A DNA stretch of 64,000 nucleotides from Emiliania huxleyi CCMP1516 (taxonomy: Eukaryota), in NCBI RefSeq assembly GCF_000372725.1, contig NW_005201165.1, forward strand, positions 250,853 through 314,852. The letters run 5' to 3'. The position numbers and the translations under genes were made by a program. Of this stretch, positions 12,743 through 23,722 are shown in pieces. How positions within the stretch are numbered: the stretch's first letter is position 1; each line of letters starts with the position of its first letter. Below the pieces are notes generated by a model, which was not told the DNA's origin, made no database searches, and saw only the letters and a program-made list of their open reading frames with translations.

Positions 12743-12813
12743 CCCTGGGTGGTGGCGGCGTGTGCCATCCTCCCCCCCATCCTTTCCTTTTTGGTTGCAA
12801 GTCTGTCTGTTTC
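12743..12813 (+). mobile_element. Diverged 3' fragment related to retroelement family A
   Basis: CCCTGGGTGGTGGCGGCGTGTGCCATCCTCCCCCCCATCC resembles the family A sequence CCCTGTGTGGTGGCGGCGTGCCGTCCTCCCATCC. Confidence 0.45.
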
Positions 12814-12943
12814 ATACAAGACCGTGCTGCAAGGTGGGGACTCTGTCCTTGGGCGGAAATAGGAAAAAATCTTCTGCAGACGCGTTATTATCTGATTAAC
12901 ATTACCGACACCGCGTGCCCGCCGCGCCACGCTGGCAATCCCC

Positions 12944-13177
12944 ATGAAGAACCTTGCGTTTTTCGTGATTTGGATTTGCCTCGCTCCCGCGGCTGGCTTC
13001 GGTGCCTCGGGAAGCTGGGGAAGCTGTGCCGCAGAATATCGGCCTTTCCATTGCTCGGTTTTCCGCAACGATTGCCGCGAGGGAACGAAAGCGACTGGAT
13101 ATCTTGACCCTCCCGACGGATGCAGGTGCTGGTGCTGCTGGGATACCGACGGCAACTTCTGTGGTCGGGACGACTAA
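12944..13177 (+). CDS. Small secreted cysteine-rich peptide (77 aa; 8 Cys in the predicted mature part)
   Basis: ATG start, signal-peptide-like MKNLAFFVIWICLAPAAG, then C-x8-C-x6-C-x15-C-x-C-x-CC-x7-C. Confidence 0.6.
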   Translation: MKNLAFFVIWICLAPAAGFGASGSWGSCAAEYRPFHCSVFRNDCREGTKATGYLDPPDGCRCWCCWDTDGNFCGRDD

Positions 13178-13586
13178 GTCCGGCGGTACGTCAGCGACAC
13201 GTACACGTTCGCTGCTGCGCCGTCGACCCCCTCGGATGCGGGGCGCTTGCGGGAGAGCACGCTGCCGCCGCGCGCGCACGCGTGGGATTGTCATGGGAGT
13301 GAGGTTGGGGGCACGGGGCGGGGATGTAGGATGACGGGCAGCAGGGTCTCATCAGGCCAACCGCGAGGGCCAGTACACGGATGTGCGAAGGCGAGGCGGA
13401 TGCCGTTTGCTGTACCTGCGCTGAGCCGCTACGCCATTCACCCTTGTGGGGACCCGCTGGCCAGCTGGGTGAAAACCCAAGGGTGAAGCCTGGAAGCCCT
13501 CGCCAGCGCATACCCGCGTATAACATACGTGCCTCCAAGATACATCACATAAAATCTGCCGGCCGCCGACGCTCGCAGCTCACAGC

Positions 13587-14747
13587 TCACAGAATTCCGC
13601 CGTTGCTCAGGCAAGTCGAGAGCTCGTAGGCGGCGACAGCGGCGCCGTTGAGCGCCGACGCCGCCCGCCTCACGCAGGAGCCCATCTCGGCGCCAAGCGC
13701 AGCGAGCGGGTCCTCCTCCGCCTGCTCGCCGCCGCTGAGAAGGCCGTTGACCTCCTCTAGGAGGCTTGCGAGGAGGTGGCCACGGCGCCTCGCCCACTCC
13801 TCCGGCTGCCTCACCGCCGAGCTCAGCGCACGAGTCCACACGAAGGCGACGTACCTGCTCACGTCAGAGCTCGACATCAGCGTGAAAACCGTGCAGAGTG
13901 GCCACCCTCGAGGGCCGCCACACCGGAGGGCCAGCCGGCACACGCGCCACGGTGACTTGACAAGGCACCGGCCGAGCAGCTTCGTGACGTCGCGCGTCAG
14001 CGGCGCCAGGCACTCCTTGAGCGGCGGCGGCGCGCCGGCGGGCGCGACGCCGAGGCCCGAGAGGCAGAGCGACGAGCCCCAGTGCACGATGGGCGCGCGC
14101 GAGCGTCCCCACTCGTCGAGGTGCAGCGCCGCCGCGGCGAGCGCGTCGAAGACGGAGACGCCATCCTCCTCGGCCGACCACGCCGAGACGGCGACCGTCT
14201 CTCTCAGCTGCGCCGCCAGGTTCCGAACGTCGGTGCTCACGAGCTTGGCCGCGCTCTCTGCCCAGACCGGTGCGCTGCGCAGGTGGCTGGCGACGTGGCT
14301 GTGGCTCTCGAGACCCTCACCCATGGTGCCCATTGCAGCAGCGCGCGAGCCAAGCCTAGCGATGCCGAGGGTGAGCGCCGAGGCGGCGCCGGCGGCGATG
14401 AAGAGCAGCAGGAGTCGTAGGAGGAACGGATCAAAGGACACCGCCGTGCGGTGACGGTGCGTCCTCGTGGTGCGAACAATGACGATGGAGGCGCGTCGCG
14501 TGAGGTTCTCGCGTCTGACGCTGACACGCGGCAGCCGCGTCCACGACGCTGGTGAGTCGGCCAGTGCTTCCGATTCGGTCTCGATGTGAACCCCGAGCCG
14601 GTGCCAGTGCGTCCTCATGACCGCCGGCTCGCTTTTTGTTTTGCGTAGCGCCGGGCTCGATTGCCGCTGATCTGCGTTCGAGAGCGACGGCGGCGACGTG
14701 TGCCGCCGTCGAGGCGCGCTCTTCCTGGCGGCGCACATGCTGTGCAT
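13587..14747 (-). CDS. Hypothetical membrane protein
   Basis: Long ORF with a hydrophobic segment (FLLRLLLLFIAAGAASALTLGIA). No recognisable family; start uncertain. Confidence 0.4.
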   Translation of the reverse strand: MHSMCAARKSAPRRRHTSPPSLSNADQRQSSPALRKTKSEPAVMRTHWHRLGVHIETESEALADSPASWTRLPRVSVRRENLTRRASIVIVRTTRTHRHRTAVSFDPFLLRLLLLFIAAGAASALTLGIARLGSRAAAMGTMGEGLESHSHVASHLRSAPVWAESAAKLVSTDVRNLAAQLRETVAVSAWSAEEDGVSVFDALAAAALHLDEWGRSRAPIVHWGSSLCLSGLGVAPAGAPPPLKECLAPLTRDVTKLLGRCLVKSPWRVCRLALRCGGPRGWPLCTVFTLMSSSDVSRYVAFVWTRALSSAVRQPEEWARRRGHLLASLLEEVNGLLSGGEQAEEDPLAALGAEMGSCVRRAASALNGAAVAAYELSTCLSNGGIL

Positions 14748-14915
14748 GTGGGTGTTATTTTGTGTTTCGTGAAAGAGAAAAAAACGACGACGCACGCCGC
14801 CACCAAAAGGGATTTTAATCTGGGTCCACCTGGGGCGACCGACGTATTTTCTTCTCAATAACAAGGTCTGTGAACCTCAACCTCTCACAGTGTCACAGTG
14901 AACCTCAACCTCTCA

Positions 14916-14932
14916 GAAGAAAGAAAGAAGGA

Positions 14933-14971
<39 letters not shown>

Positions 14972-15130
14972 AAACAGACCAACCCAACGAGGGATGGGGG
15001 AGGAGGACAGGGTCCACACCTGCACGAGCAGGATTTTGGAAGGACGATCAGGGGCACAGGTGGGGCTCTCCTGCTCCTGACAAGGGACACGACAGGCCGT
15101 CCTCGCAGCGCGGTGCACGGTGGACTCCCA
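14916..15130 (-). mobile_element. Retroposon fragment, family B, with (TC)n/(TTTC)n tail
   Basis: AACGAGGGATGGGGGAGGAGGACAGGGTCCACACCTGCACGAGCAGGATTTTGGAAGGACGATCAGGGGCACAGG is a clear homologue of 44211-44283. It adjoins a (GA)n tract at 14938-14968. Confidence 0.65.
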
Positions 15131-15633
15131 ACTCAACTGGCGGTCTCATGACATCTCAGTCTAGCGACCTGCCTCCAGCTTCTCTGTTCTCACTGGCAGT
15201 CTCTCGCAACCTCAACCTCTCAGACACAGTGTCACAGACAAGAGAGGAGGTATCCTTCCTTCTCAATAACAAGGCCTGTGAAAAACGTCGACCCGCTAAA
15301 TAGCTAGAGGCCAACAACATACCTAAAATCTCTTCGCGCAGCGGGACGGCGGGCGGGACTGCAGGTGTAAATCACGTCCCCTCCGTCCACCTCCGCCGGT
15401 CTCTCTCTTTATCAGTGCTAAGTTCCGGTGGCGCTCGATGACTCTTAGTCTCTTACTGGCTCTGGCTGCCACCCTGCTCGCACGCGCCTCACAATAGCAC
15501 AGACGCCGTTGCCTCCACACCAGACGGCCATCACGTCTGGGTCAACAGCCGATCGGACGCACGCTCTACCGCTCCGATGACGGCCTCACATGGCAGCCGC
15601 ACTTGGCCGCCCTGCATTGTGCCCTCTTGTCAC

Positions 15634-15999
15634 CAGTGTGCAATCTTTACCGGTATGAGACTGGTATTTGGCGATATTTTGATTAGTTTTGGAGTGGTAT
15701 GGTATAGTGGTATGCGAAAGTGGTATGCGGGGTTTTCAGTAGTTGTAGCGGCTGTCGGTGTGGTCCCGGGGGCGAAACCATGCAACAGTGCGGGTATTAC
15801 CCGGGTATACCCGGGTTTTTCCAGGTATACCCGCAAAATACCCGGTATTTTGCCGATTTTGCCGATTTTGCCACCAAGAAGGCACTCCGACTCGCTTTGA
15901 TTTCCGTGAGGCAACTGGTATCCCGTACCACTTTTTGATTAGTGCAGGCCTTGGGTTTGATTAGCCAAAAACTCCCATACCGGTAAAGATTGCACACTG
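15634..15999. mobile_element. hAT-type MITE (366 bp)
   Basis: Perfect 24-bp TIR CAGTGTGCAATCTTTACCGGTATG / CATACCGGTAAAGATTGCACACTG and perfect 8-bp TSD CTTGTCAC (15626-15633, 16000-16007). Confidence 0.92.
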
Positions 16000-16266
16000 C
16001 TTGTCACCACTCGTGTTCGCTCGTTATTTTCAGTGTCGTCACTTTTCTGTTAGTGCCTGTGCGCGCCAATCCCGTGTGCCCAGTGTCGTGCCTTTTCTGT
16101 GTTAGTGCCAGTGCTCGCCAGCAGCTGTCGCCAGTCCCGTCGCTACATTTATTGTCAGTTTTTCTCGTGTTTCAAGTGCTCAAGGAGATACACACTCGGC
16201 GGCACGAGGGTGTTAGTGCCAGCGCGCGCCATTCCCGTCCGCGTCAAATTCTTTTCTGAGACAACA

Positions 16267-16481
16267 GGGTTTCGGCTCCTAGCCGGATAGGGGGTCTGTC
16301 GCCACTGACTCGCGCCAAAACGCCCTACCTACCTACCTATCCCCAGGCCGCGCAGCGAAGCAAAAAAGATGAAAATTGGGGATACCTACCTATTGCAGGT
16401 CCCTTTTGGGCGAAACAAGACCAACCTACCTACCTATCTGGGAGGGCGGCAGACCCCCTATCCGGCTAGGAGCCGGAACCC
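16267..16481. mobile_element. MITE-like element (215 bp) with internal CCTA repeats
   Basis: 37-bp inverted repeat GGGTTTCGGCTCCTAGCCGGATAGGGGGTCTGTCGCC / GGCGGCAGACCCCCTATCCGGCTAGGAGCCGGAACCC with 2 mismatches. TSD unclear. Confidence 0.75.
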
Positions 16482-16557
16482 AGGGTCAACCAGAGTCGGC
16501 GCGGTGTCTGAGCCGCGCCACTCGACACACAAGGGCTCCACCCCACTGATCCCGACC

Positions 16558-17199
16558 ATGCGAGCCGGCATCCTCGTGCCGCCGCAAAACTTTGGCCTCG
16601 TCGAGGACGGCCTCTACCGCTCGGGGCAGCCGACTGAGCTATCGTATCCGTTTCTTGAGCAGCTGCAGCTGCGCACGATCCTGCATCTAAGCGCTGACGA
16701 GCCGCCCGCGGAGTTTGCGTCCTGGGCGAGCGAGCAGCGCATTCAGCTGGTGCGGCTAGGCGCCGGCGCCGACGCCAACATGCTCTCGCCGTGGAAGCCG
16801 GTCTCGGAGGTGAGCGCCCTCGCCGTGACGCCGTCACTGCTCGCCGCTGCCACGACCACCAGCGCCGCGCTCGCCACCGGTGCGGACTCCTGCCACTCTT
16901 TCGAGTAGGAGGTCGTCGTCGAGGGGTTGCGTCGCGTGCTCGACCCGTCGTCGTACCCGCTGCTGGTGATGTGCAACCTCGGCCGCCACCGCACCGGAAC
17001 GCTCATCGGCTGCCTCCGGAAGCTGCAGCGCTGGTCGCTGACGAGCGTCCTCGAGGAGTACCGCCGGCACGCGTGCGCAAAGTCGCGCCACCTCAACGAG
17101 CAGTTCATCGAGCTCTTTGACATCGACCTCGTGCGCGTCCCGGAGCACAGCCCGCCGCAGCTCCACCTGCAGGCGGAGCGGGGCAAGCCGGCGGGGTAG
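16558..17199 (+). CDS. Atypical dual-specificity (PFA-DSP, OCA1/SIW14 family) phosphatase, 2 exons
   Basis: LVPPQNFGLVEDGLYRSGQP, P-loop MCNLGRHRTG, GCLRKLQRW and EQFIELFD. GT-AG intron 16810-16908. Confidence 0.9.
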
Positions 17200-17299
17200 G
17201 CGTCGTGCGGGTCAATATCATTCTTTATCGCGCCAGTCCCCGTGCCCAATGTCCTGTAAAATTCTTTATCCCGCCATCCCGCCAAGAACTGTCGCCTCC

Positions 17300-20200
17300 A
17301 TGTCGTTGCCGTCAGCTAAGGCCGCCGGAGCAGCAGCTCGCGACGCTGTTGCCACGCCTTCGCCCGGCTCTCTCGACGCGAGCCTGATGCCTTTCCAGCG
17401 GGAGGGCGTGCGCCGCATCCTGGCGTGGGACGGGCGCGCCCTACTCGGCGACGAGATGGGTCTTGGCAAGACGCTGCAGGCCATCGCGGTCGCTCGGCAC
17501 TACCGGCGAGAGTGGCCGCTGCTCGTTCTCTGCCCGACGTCCATGGCTCACACGTGGGCGGACGAGCTGGAGCGCTGGTGTCCCGAGCTCGTTCCCGGCC
17601 AGATCAACCTCATCAAGAGCCACCACAACGGCGCGCTCTCCTCCGCCGCCGTCACCATCCTTACCTACGGGCTCGTCACCAACGGCAAGGAGAAGGAGCG
17701 GCTCGTCGCGAACGTGATGGCCGCCGGCTTTGCGGTTGTGATCGTCGACGAGGCGCACTACCTCAAGACGCGCGACTCTGTGCGCACGAAGCTCATCCTC
17801 CCCCTTCTCGCGGCGGCGCAGCGCTGCGTCATGCTCACCGGCACGCCCGCGCTCAACCGGCCTGTCGAGCTGTACCCGCTGCTCAGCACGCTGCGGCCGC
17901 AGCAGCCGGCGTGGCGCACGTACAGCGCCTTCGTGCAGCGCTACTGCGCCGCGAAGCCAACCTTCTTCGGCGGCCGGCGCGGGCTCGACGTGAGCGGCTC
18001 GTCGAACGAGGCCGAACTGTACGCGCTGCTCTGCGAGACGCTGATGGTGCGGCGGCTCAAGGCCGAGGTCCTCGACGAGCTGCCTCCGAAGCAGAGGCAG
18101 CGCGTGCTCGTCTCGCTCCCGCCGCAGGCGCGGCTCGCACGCCTCACGAACGAGTCAATCGGCGAACCGCTCACCCTTGCACCCTCCGCACCCCCCAGGC
18201 GACGCTCGCGCTCGACGCCATCACCCGCGAGGCGGACGCGCTGCCGAGCGGGCCGTCGTTCGAGCGGCGGAGCCTGCTCTCCAAGTCTGTCGTCGAGTTG
18301 GCCGCAGCGAAGGCCGCGCTGACGGCCGAGTACGCGCTCGAGCTCGTCGCCTCGTGCGAGCGGCTCCTCTTCTTCGCGCACCACATGACGGTGCTGGACG
18401 CGGCGGAGCGCGCCGCCGCCGGCAAGGCGGGCGCCTCGCCGCTGCCGCCCTCGTCGCCGCTCACTTCCCTCCTGCCTCTCTCCCCGCCGCCGCCCGCCCC
18501 GCCCGCTGCGTGACTCGCTCACGCCGCCGCCGCCCTCACCGCCGCCGCCCGTGCCGCCAAGGGGGTGCGCTGCTTGCGCATCGACGGCACGACCCCCTCG
18601 AGCGAGCGGCAGTCGCTCGTGCGCGCCTTCGAGGCGGCGCCGCGCGGCTCGCCCGTCCTCTTCCTCCTCTCGATCACCGCCGCCGGCCAGGGGATCACGC
18701 TGACGAGCGCCTGCAACGTGTGCTTTGGCGAGCTGCGCTGGGTGCCGGGCGAGCTGCTCCAGGCGGAGGACCGCGCGCACCGGATCGGCCAGGCGAACGC
18801 GGTCAACATCTTCTACGTGTGCGCAAAGGGGACGGTGGACGAGGCGCGGACCGGCGGCGGCAGAGGGCCGAGGGCGGTGCGGCCGTGACTCCGCGCCGCG
18901 TGGCCGGTAGGCGATGTGGCGCGTGCTGCAGCGCAAGGTGCGCACGCTCGCCACCGCGCTCGACGGCGAGCAGCGGACGCTCACGGCGGGGCGGGCGGCG
19001 TGGGAGGGCGAGGGCGGGGGCGCGGACGGGGCGGAGGGGGAGGAGGACCCGGCGGAGGCGGCGATGTGCCTCGACCGCGCGCGCAAGGCGCAGCGCGCCG
19101 CCGCGAAGAAGGCGGCCGACCGCGCTGCTTTCGGCCAGCTCTTCCGCCCCCGCGCCGCCTCCACGCCCGGCGGCGGCAGCAGCGCTGGCCGGGGCGGAGG
19201 AGGCTCTCCTTGCCGAGCATCCTGGCGGAGGGCGCCTCTTCACACCTCCAGCCGTGAGCAGGCGGCTCTCTCGCGGCGTCGGCGGGCGCGGGGACGCCGG
19301 AGCAGCCGATCGATCTCGACGGTGGGGAGCCGTCTCGCGACGGGAAGCGCGGCGCCGCCGCCTCCACTCCGGAGTCCGAGGCGGAGATGACGACGTGGTT
19401 CGCCTTCTCGGCTCTGACCGGCCGGCTGCACGCTTTCGGCGACGCTCCAGAGCCGCTCCCTGGTGGGATGGGCGCGAACGCGCTGCCGTGCGCCATCGCC
19501 GACGCCGACGAGGCCGCGCTGCCCGCCGCGCTGCGCGAGCCTCGCGCCCTCCGCGCCGCACAGCTCTGGCTTGCGCAGTGGGAGGGGCTGTCGCCGAGCC
19601 AGCGTGCGGCCGTGCAGGACCGCCCCGCTCCACTCCAGCTCCACTCCCTCGCCCAGCCTGCGCCTCTCCCCCGCCCTACTCCCACCCGCCCCCTCTCGCC
19701 GAGCGCAGGACCGGCCTGTCAAGAGCCCCGCGCTGGCGGCGTCCTCCGCGGCGGCCGCCGGCAGCAGCAGCACGACAAGCCACGCCCCGAGCACCGTGCG
19801 ACAGACCACGGTCCCCTGCGGGGGGAGGGAAGCGGAGCTGTGTGCAGGGTGCACGTGTCGACGCGCCGCCGCCGCACCCGCCCGTAGGCCGAGCGTTGGG
19901 CAGAGTCGCACCGGCCGCCCGGCGTCGTCGAGGTGGACTACGTCACTTGCGACTGGAAGACGAGCGGCGCGCGGTTGCCCCCTCGCGACACGCCTCGAGG
20001 AGCCTTCCACGACCCTTCCCGGAACCTTCCCAGGCGTGCGCGACCCGCGCGTCTGGCGGCAGCACTTCTCGCTCCACTCGGGGCGGCCGCTCTGCCTTGT
20101 CTGCGTGCAGGAGCATGAGCCGCGGCCCGACTCGCCCTTCTGCTCCGAGGGCTGCGCCGCAAGCTACGCCGCCGCCAGCTCGCAGGGCGCGGGCCGCCGG

Positions 20201-20724
20201 CAGGTCGGCCGCTCTCTCCGCCCCAACCCCCTCCCGTCCCGCGCCGCCTACGCCTCCCTCCCTCCACCGCCCGCCCCGCCAAGGTGTACGACCGCGACCG
20301 CGGCGTGTGCGCCGCGTGCGGCTTCGACGCGCACCGGCTCTACCGGCAGATCGCCGCGCTGGCGACCGGCCCCGAGCGCATGCAGGTCGCGCCAGCCTGC
20401 GGCCCGCGCTCCACGCCTGGCCCACTCCCAACATCCCGGGGGATGCGACCGCAGGCGCTTCAGCGGACGCACTACCCGACCAAGGGCGACCGGATCGGCC
20501 GCCTGCTGCGGGACCCCAAAGAGGGCGACTTTTGGGAGGCCGACCATATCCTACCGGTGGAGGAGGGCGGCGGGGAGAGCGACCTGAGCAACCTGCAGAC
20601 CCTCTGCGTCCCCTGCCACGCCGACAAGACGCGCCGGCAGGCGCAGAGCAGCAAGGAGCGCAAGCGGCAGGCGGCCGCAAAGGGCACCGCCGACCTGCGG
20701 AGCTTCTTTGCGGGCAAGGCCTAG
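17300..20724 (+). CDS. ZRANB3: SNF2-family annealing helicase with C-terminal HNH endonuclease (ZRANB3-like), multi-exon
   Basis: LLGDEMGLGKT, VDEAH, LTGTPALNRP, RIDGTT, QAEDRAHRIGQ. C-terminal RDRGVCAACG...WEADHILPVEEGGG..DLSNLQTLCVPCHADKT is an HNH motif. Confidence 0.85.
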
Positions 20725-21194
20725 AGATAGACACATCGACACGCAAGAGTGTCAAGTGTGACAAGACTCAAGTAGTCTCAGTCAAGACGCACTCGTTTCG
20801 AGAGAGACGCGATGGCGAACATTTACGCTAGTCCCCATGTCCATGTGTGTGCAAAAAAAACCGCTCGATTTTCACATTTACCACCCACAGCGTGTTTGCA
20901 TGCACGCGCCGCATGTGCGCACCGCGCCACCACAGCACGTGTATTTTTTGGTTTGCGCGGTGTGTCTGCGGAGAGCGCAGACAGCCAGACACACAGCCAC
21001 ACAGGGGGACATAAACAAAACAGAAGTAACACATCCGCATATCGGCGAGCTCTACAAACATCACGATATCGCGCGTCATTCTAGCATCGAATAAGACAAC
21101 CCCTTAGTAGGTAGTACACTGTACAGCTCCCCTCCACCCATTCACCTTCCTTCTCCGAGAAGCCTTCTGGGTCTGGCGGGCGGTGGGATCTGGC

Positions 21195-21920
21195 TCACGC
21201 GCACGTAGTCACGATGTCAGCAGCTCTTTCCCCGTGGGAGCGCTCCGGGCCGGAGAGCGGCTCTCGGCTCACGCGCCGACCCTGCTTCCACTCCTCCTGG
21301 TACGCTGCGCCGCTGGCCTCCACAAAGATGGCGTAGCCGTGCGGCTTGCCATCGCAGTATTCGCCCTGATGCTTCGCGCCCGAGCTGAAGTAGTACGTCC
21401 CTGTGCCGTGCTTCTTACCCGCGCGCCACGAGCCACCGTAGCAGTCCCCGTTGGCGTAGTGATAGACGCCGTGCGAGGGGAAGGAACCTCCGTTCCAGAC
21501 GCCATCCAGCCGCTCGCCATTGGGGTAGGAGAATGCGCCAGGCCCGTCTGGGTTGCCGTTCGAGTACTGCCCTGAAAAGACCTTGCCCGAGCGGAAGAAG
21601 TAGCAACCTTCGCCGCTGGGCCGGCCGAGCTGCCAGCCCCCGACGTACCGGTCGCCGTTGACGTAAGCGTACACCCCTTGGCCGTGCTGCTTCCCAGCCG
21701 CCCACTCGCCCGTGTACTTGTCCCCGGAGGTGTAGTAGTACGTGCCGTGACCCTCCCTCTTCCCGGTGCTGGAGAGGTCTCCGACGTAGCGGTCTCCGTT
21801 CTCAAACTCGCTGTTGCCTCGCGCAGGCTCGCCCTCGAGCATACGCTCTCGCTCCGCTGGCATCGTTGCGTCCACGCTGAGGCAACGTGCGTCCTCCGCA
21901 CGCAGCAAGGAGAACCGCAA
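21195..21920 (-). CDS. MORN-repeat protein
   Basis: About 7 repeats of the type GDRYxGxWxxGKxHGxGxYxY. The true start is uncertain (ATG 21864 or an upstream exon near 22105). Confidence 0.85.
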   Translation of the reverse strand: MRFSLLRAEDARCLSVDATMPAERERMLEGEPARGNSEFENGDRYVGDLSSTGKREGHGTYYYTSGDKYTGEWAAGKQHGQGVYAYVNGDRYVGGWQLGRPSGEGCYFFRSGKVFSGQYSNGNPDGPGAFSYPNGERLDGVWNGGSFPSHGVYHYANGDCYGGSWRAGKKHGTGTYYFSSGAKHQGEYCDGKPHGYAIFVEASGAAYQEEWKQGRRVSREPLSGPERSHGERAADIVTTCA

Positions 21921-22154
21921 AGTCGTAGTTTATGCGGGGCGCCGCCTTTCAAACCCCGCGCCGCCCCACCGCACCCCACCCGCTGTGAGCTCCCCACCCC
22001 TAAGAGGTTCAGAGCGCGAACACTGGGGGGTCCCTCTCGCATGGGGGGCTGAAGATACGTGCCACTCGCCAGCCTGTTCACTCGCGTACGACTCGCACTC
22101 ATCATAGCAAGCAGCCGCCCCCCGCATCCGACGCAGCCCGGCGGGCGCGGCGGT

Positions 22155-22560
22155 AAGAAAGAAAGAAAGAAAACAGACAACCCAAGGGAGGGATGGGAGG
22201 ACGGCACGCCGCCACCACACAGGGATTTTAAGGAGAGGGGTGTGATGCGCTAGCCGTCGCCCACCCTAGGGAGTCTGCCTCTTCCTATCTCTTTTCGCAG
22301 TCTCTCGCCGCTTCTCGCTGCAACCTTCATGCCACCTCGCGGCGGTAAAGAAAAGAAAGAAAGAAAACAGACAACCCAAGGGAGGGATGGTGGGAGGACG
22401 GCACGCCGCCACCACACAGGGATTTTAAGGAGAGGAGTGTGATGCGCTAGCCGTCGCCCACCCTAGGGAGTCTGCCTCTTCCTATCTCTTTTCGCAGTCT
22501 CTCGCCGATTCTCGCTGCAACCTTCATGCCACCTCGCGGCCGTCCCACTCTCGTCGTTCT
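22155..22560 (-). mobile_element. Two tandem 5'-truncated copies of non-LTR retroelement family A
   Basis: 22155-22337 and 22347-22560 each match the reverse complement of ~63030-63240, including the (TTTC)n tail. CGCGGCGGT occurs at 22146-22154, 22338-22346 and 22561-22569. Confidence 0.88.
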
Positions 22561-22655
22561 CGCGGCGGTGGCCCCGCACATGCCGGCGGGTATTTCTTTT
22601 TTCTCACGGAGCTCGAAGCCGAGCTACACAGCACGCGACCTCCCTACTCACAGAT

Positions 22656-23021
22656 ATGGCGCTTCTCCTCTCCTCGCTGACGAGCGGCCTGACGATCGGA
22701 GCCGCGCCGCGCCCTCACGTTGCGCGCGCCGGCATGCCGACCGCTGCGCTTGTCGCTGATGACGACAAGGTCCTCACCGGCGCCTGCAAATGGTTCAACT
22801 CGGAGAAGGGCTTCGGGTTTGTCTCGGTGGAGGGCGAGGACCAGGATCTCTTTGTGCACCAGACCGAGATTTACGCGGACGGCTTCCGCTCGCTCGCCGA
22901 GGGTGAGCCGCTCGAGTTCAAGTGCACCGAGGACCCGCGCACCGGCAAGCTGCGCGCGATGGGCGTGACCGGCCCCGGCGGCTCTGTCGTGCAGGGCGCC
23001 CCGCGCCGGGACGACTGGTAG
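22656..23021 (+). CDS. Cold-shock domain protein with N-terminal presequence
   Basis: GACKWFNSEKGFGFV (RNP1), DLFVHQ (RNP2), GFRSLAEGEPLEF and VTGPGG. A ~35-aa N-terminal extension looks like a signal/transit peptide. Confidence 0.92.
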   Translation: MALLLSSLTSGLTIGAAPRPHVARAGMPTAALVADDDKVLTGACKWFNSEKGFGFVSVEGEDQDLFVHQTEIYADGFRSLAEGEPLEFKCTEDPRTGKLRAMGVTGPGGSVVQGAPRRDDW

Positions 23022-23722
23022 GGTGGCGTCGAGTGGCAGGAGGTGGCCGCCTCGCGCCGCCCTGCACTGGCGGTCGCACCCGCTGGGTAGGACTCTTACT
23101 CTTACTCACTCCCCCTCTCTCGCCCCTCTCTCTCGACCTCCCCCTCTCCCCCTCTCCTCTCTCGCCCCCTCCCTCTCGCACTACTACTCGCTCGCTATCC
23201 TAAATGGCTGGTGCCCTATCCGCTGCCCCTGACGGGTTGGGTCTGGGCGTGTATGTGCGGTCGGGCTGGCGCGGGCCCGGTCTGGCGCGGCGGTGCATAG
23301 GGCTCATAGGGCCGCTGTGGGCGCTGGGCCCACAGGTGTGAGGAGAGCGTTGTAGGTGTACATGGCGAAGAGCCGGAGGGATCGCCCGTGTACACCGCCC
23401 GTCCCATATTCCTCTTTTAGCCGCGAACGCCCTCGCAGTCGCACGCGCCTCATATCATGCTCTCTCAAGCCACAAGCGTCCCAGCTCCCCACCAGCACCT
23501 CAGCGGAGCAGACGAGACCACCAGCACCACTGGTCCACCACCACCAGACTACCACCACCACCCTATCCCTACCTGCCACACACCTCGTGGTCGTGCGCCC
23601 TGGCCCTGGGGGGGCGGGTGAACGGAACGGGCCCCGCGGCCGACCGCCCGACTGGTCGGACACAGTCACGTGATGCCGGACTGAAGCGTTGACACTGTGA
23701 AGAGGCAGAAAGCCCCAGAAAT

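Noticed and set aside
4196..23235. CCGTCAGGGG (4196) and CCCCTGACGG (23226) as TIRs of a giant 19-kb element
   Set aside because: Only a 10-bp match in GC-rich DNA, no TSD, and the interval holds ordinary housekeeping genes.
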